From assembly GCA_016704485.1 (NCBI GenBank), contig JADJAA010000001.1:1554824-1618823 (forward strand): 64,000 nt of DNA, written 5' to 3'. The position numbers were made by a program, and so were the translations under genes. This stretch comes from Flavobacteriales bacterium (lineage in GTDB: Bacteria; Bacteroidota; Bacteroidia; Flavobacteriales_F; PHOS-HE28). This document shows, one piece after another, positions 63,212 through 64,000 of this stretch. Below the pieces are notes generated by a model that was not told the origin of the DNA, did no database searches, and saw only the letters and a program-made list of their open reading frames with translations. Positions within the stretch are counted from its first letter, which is position 1. Every line of letters starts with the position of its first letter.

Positions 63212-64000
63212 CTAGAATGGATGCGTAAAATGCAAAAAGAAACCGCTCTCGCCCAAGGCATTGAAGGTGTATTCCAACCGTGCTACCTGATCATAACTGG
63301 TAACTAGGTCCAGACCAAGGCCATAGCCGGACATGGGTGAATTCGCCAGAAAGTTCTGATCGGCATAGCGGCTATCCCATACGTAACCCGCATCCACGAA
63401 TGCATCCAAGTACAACGCGAAATACACGGTGCGGAAACTCTCAATGGGAATGAACTCCACCCGGAAGGTCTTCGGTTTGAACAACGCGAACAGGAAGTTG
63501 GCCTTGCCCAATGCATAATGATCACCGTCGATCACATAGTACTCATAGCCTCGCACTGAATTGCGGTATCCCAATCCTTGTTGCACATAATAAGGCTGCC
63601 TACCGAAGGTGCGTTTGCCGCGTGCGCCCAGAGCGAAGGTGAAGCGTTCGTTCAATTTGAACCAACGGGTAGCTTCCAGGTAGGCCGTGGTAACTTCCGG
63701 TGCATTCTTGTCCAATAGCCCTAATCCGTAACGGTCCAGTCTTAGCTCAGCAAAATGACCTTTCGTCGGGAACGATCGGAGGTTCCGTTTATCCCAGGTC
63801 ACGGAATAAGTGAGGCTCAGGTAACGGGTGGTGTTGGAGTTGCCGTTGAAATAATCCTCAGCCACGTGTACGATCGTATCCGCCACTTCGGCCTGTGTGA
63901 AGCCCAATCGCCAGCTATGTCGGAAATCATGGGTCTTGCGCAAGGTTGCGCCGATGTCGGCGCTCCACACATCCCTGTTGCTCCCATCCGGGTTCCGGAT
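63212..64000 (-). CDS. Omp85/BamA-like outer-membrane barrel protein, 5' end outside window
   Basis: The frame stays open from the GTG at 63970 to the window edge (…IRNPDGSNRDVWSADIG…). The C-terminus LEYTFNALGESGFFLHFTHPF is a typical barrel terminus. Confidence 0.7.
   Translation of the reverse strand: MRNPDGSNRDVWSADIGATLRKTHDFRHSWRLGFTQAEVADTIVHVAEDYFNGNSNTTRYLSLTYSVTWDKRNLRSFPTKGHFAELRLDRYGLGLLDKNAPEVTTAYLEATRWFKLNERFTFALGARGKRTFGRQPYYVQQGLGYRNSVRGYEYYVIDGDHYALGKANFLFALFKPKTFRVEFIPIESFRTVYFALYLDAFVDAGYVWDSRYADQNFLANSPMSGYGLGLDLVTSYDQVARLEYTFNALGESGFFLHFTHPF

Overview
The window looks like a Bacteroidota chromosome. It encodes T9SS C-terminal sorting-domain proteins, and a conserved housekeeping block (murI, skp, skp, bamA, uppS, an OM barrel, nadK) fills 55.9-64 kb. 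About 1.8-43.4 kb is a dense accessory/defence island. Its contents, left to right: a DUF2779 nuclease and dinD; a RecQ-ComFC(PRTase) fusion translationally coupled to a DprA-like gene; a 1610-aa exonuclease-RecQ-UvrD fusion; a GmrSD-type (DUF262/DUF1524) enzyme; and a Type I R-M system. In that R-M system, hsdR is separated from hsdMS by a frameshifted 7TMR-DISM adenylate cyclase gene. The strongest candidate for an undescribed system is a 10-kb co-directional operon at 33354-23477 (minus strand). It runs WYL regulator, B12-type radical SAM, an HsdM-like domain with degenerate catalytic motifs plus a TRD fused to a histidine kinase, a REC plus DUF4145/HEPN-like protein, hsdM, hsdS and an orphan ORF. 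Immediately upstream lies a 2.1-kb essentially non-coding locus. It holds 19 x 22-bp palindromic units, three copies of a 21-bp element ending ACTATAGGG (T7-group-promoter-like), and 22 x 21-bp hairpin-forming units. Next comes a low-GC three-gene cassette: a membrane-inserted amidohydrolase, a PtuB-like/PtuA-like ATPase fusion and a PtuB-like HNH (a Septu variant). The rest of the window holds an OM protein/C1 peptidase/SH3b-CHAP trio, a NarL-type two-component system, a duplicated lipoprotein gene, small stress proteins, an IS1182-family element and a DJ-1/PfpI gene. I saw no rRNA, tRNA or CRISPR array. All calls rest on reading the sequence and the ORF translations by eye; no searches were run.
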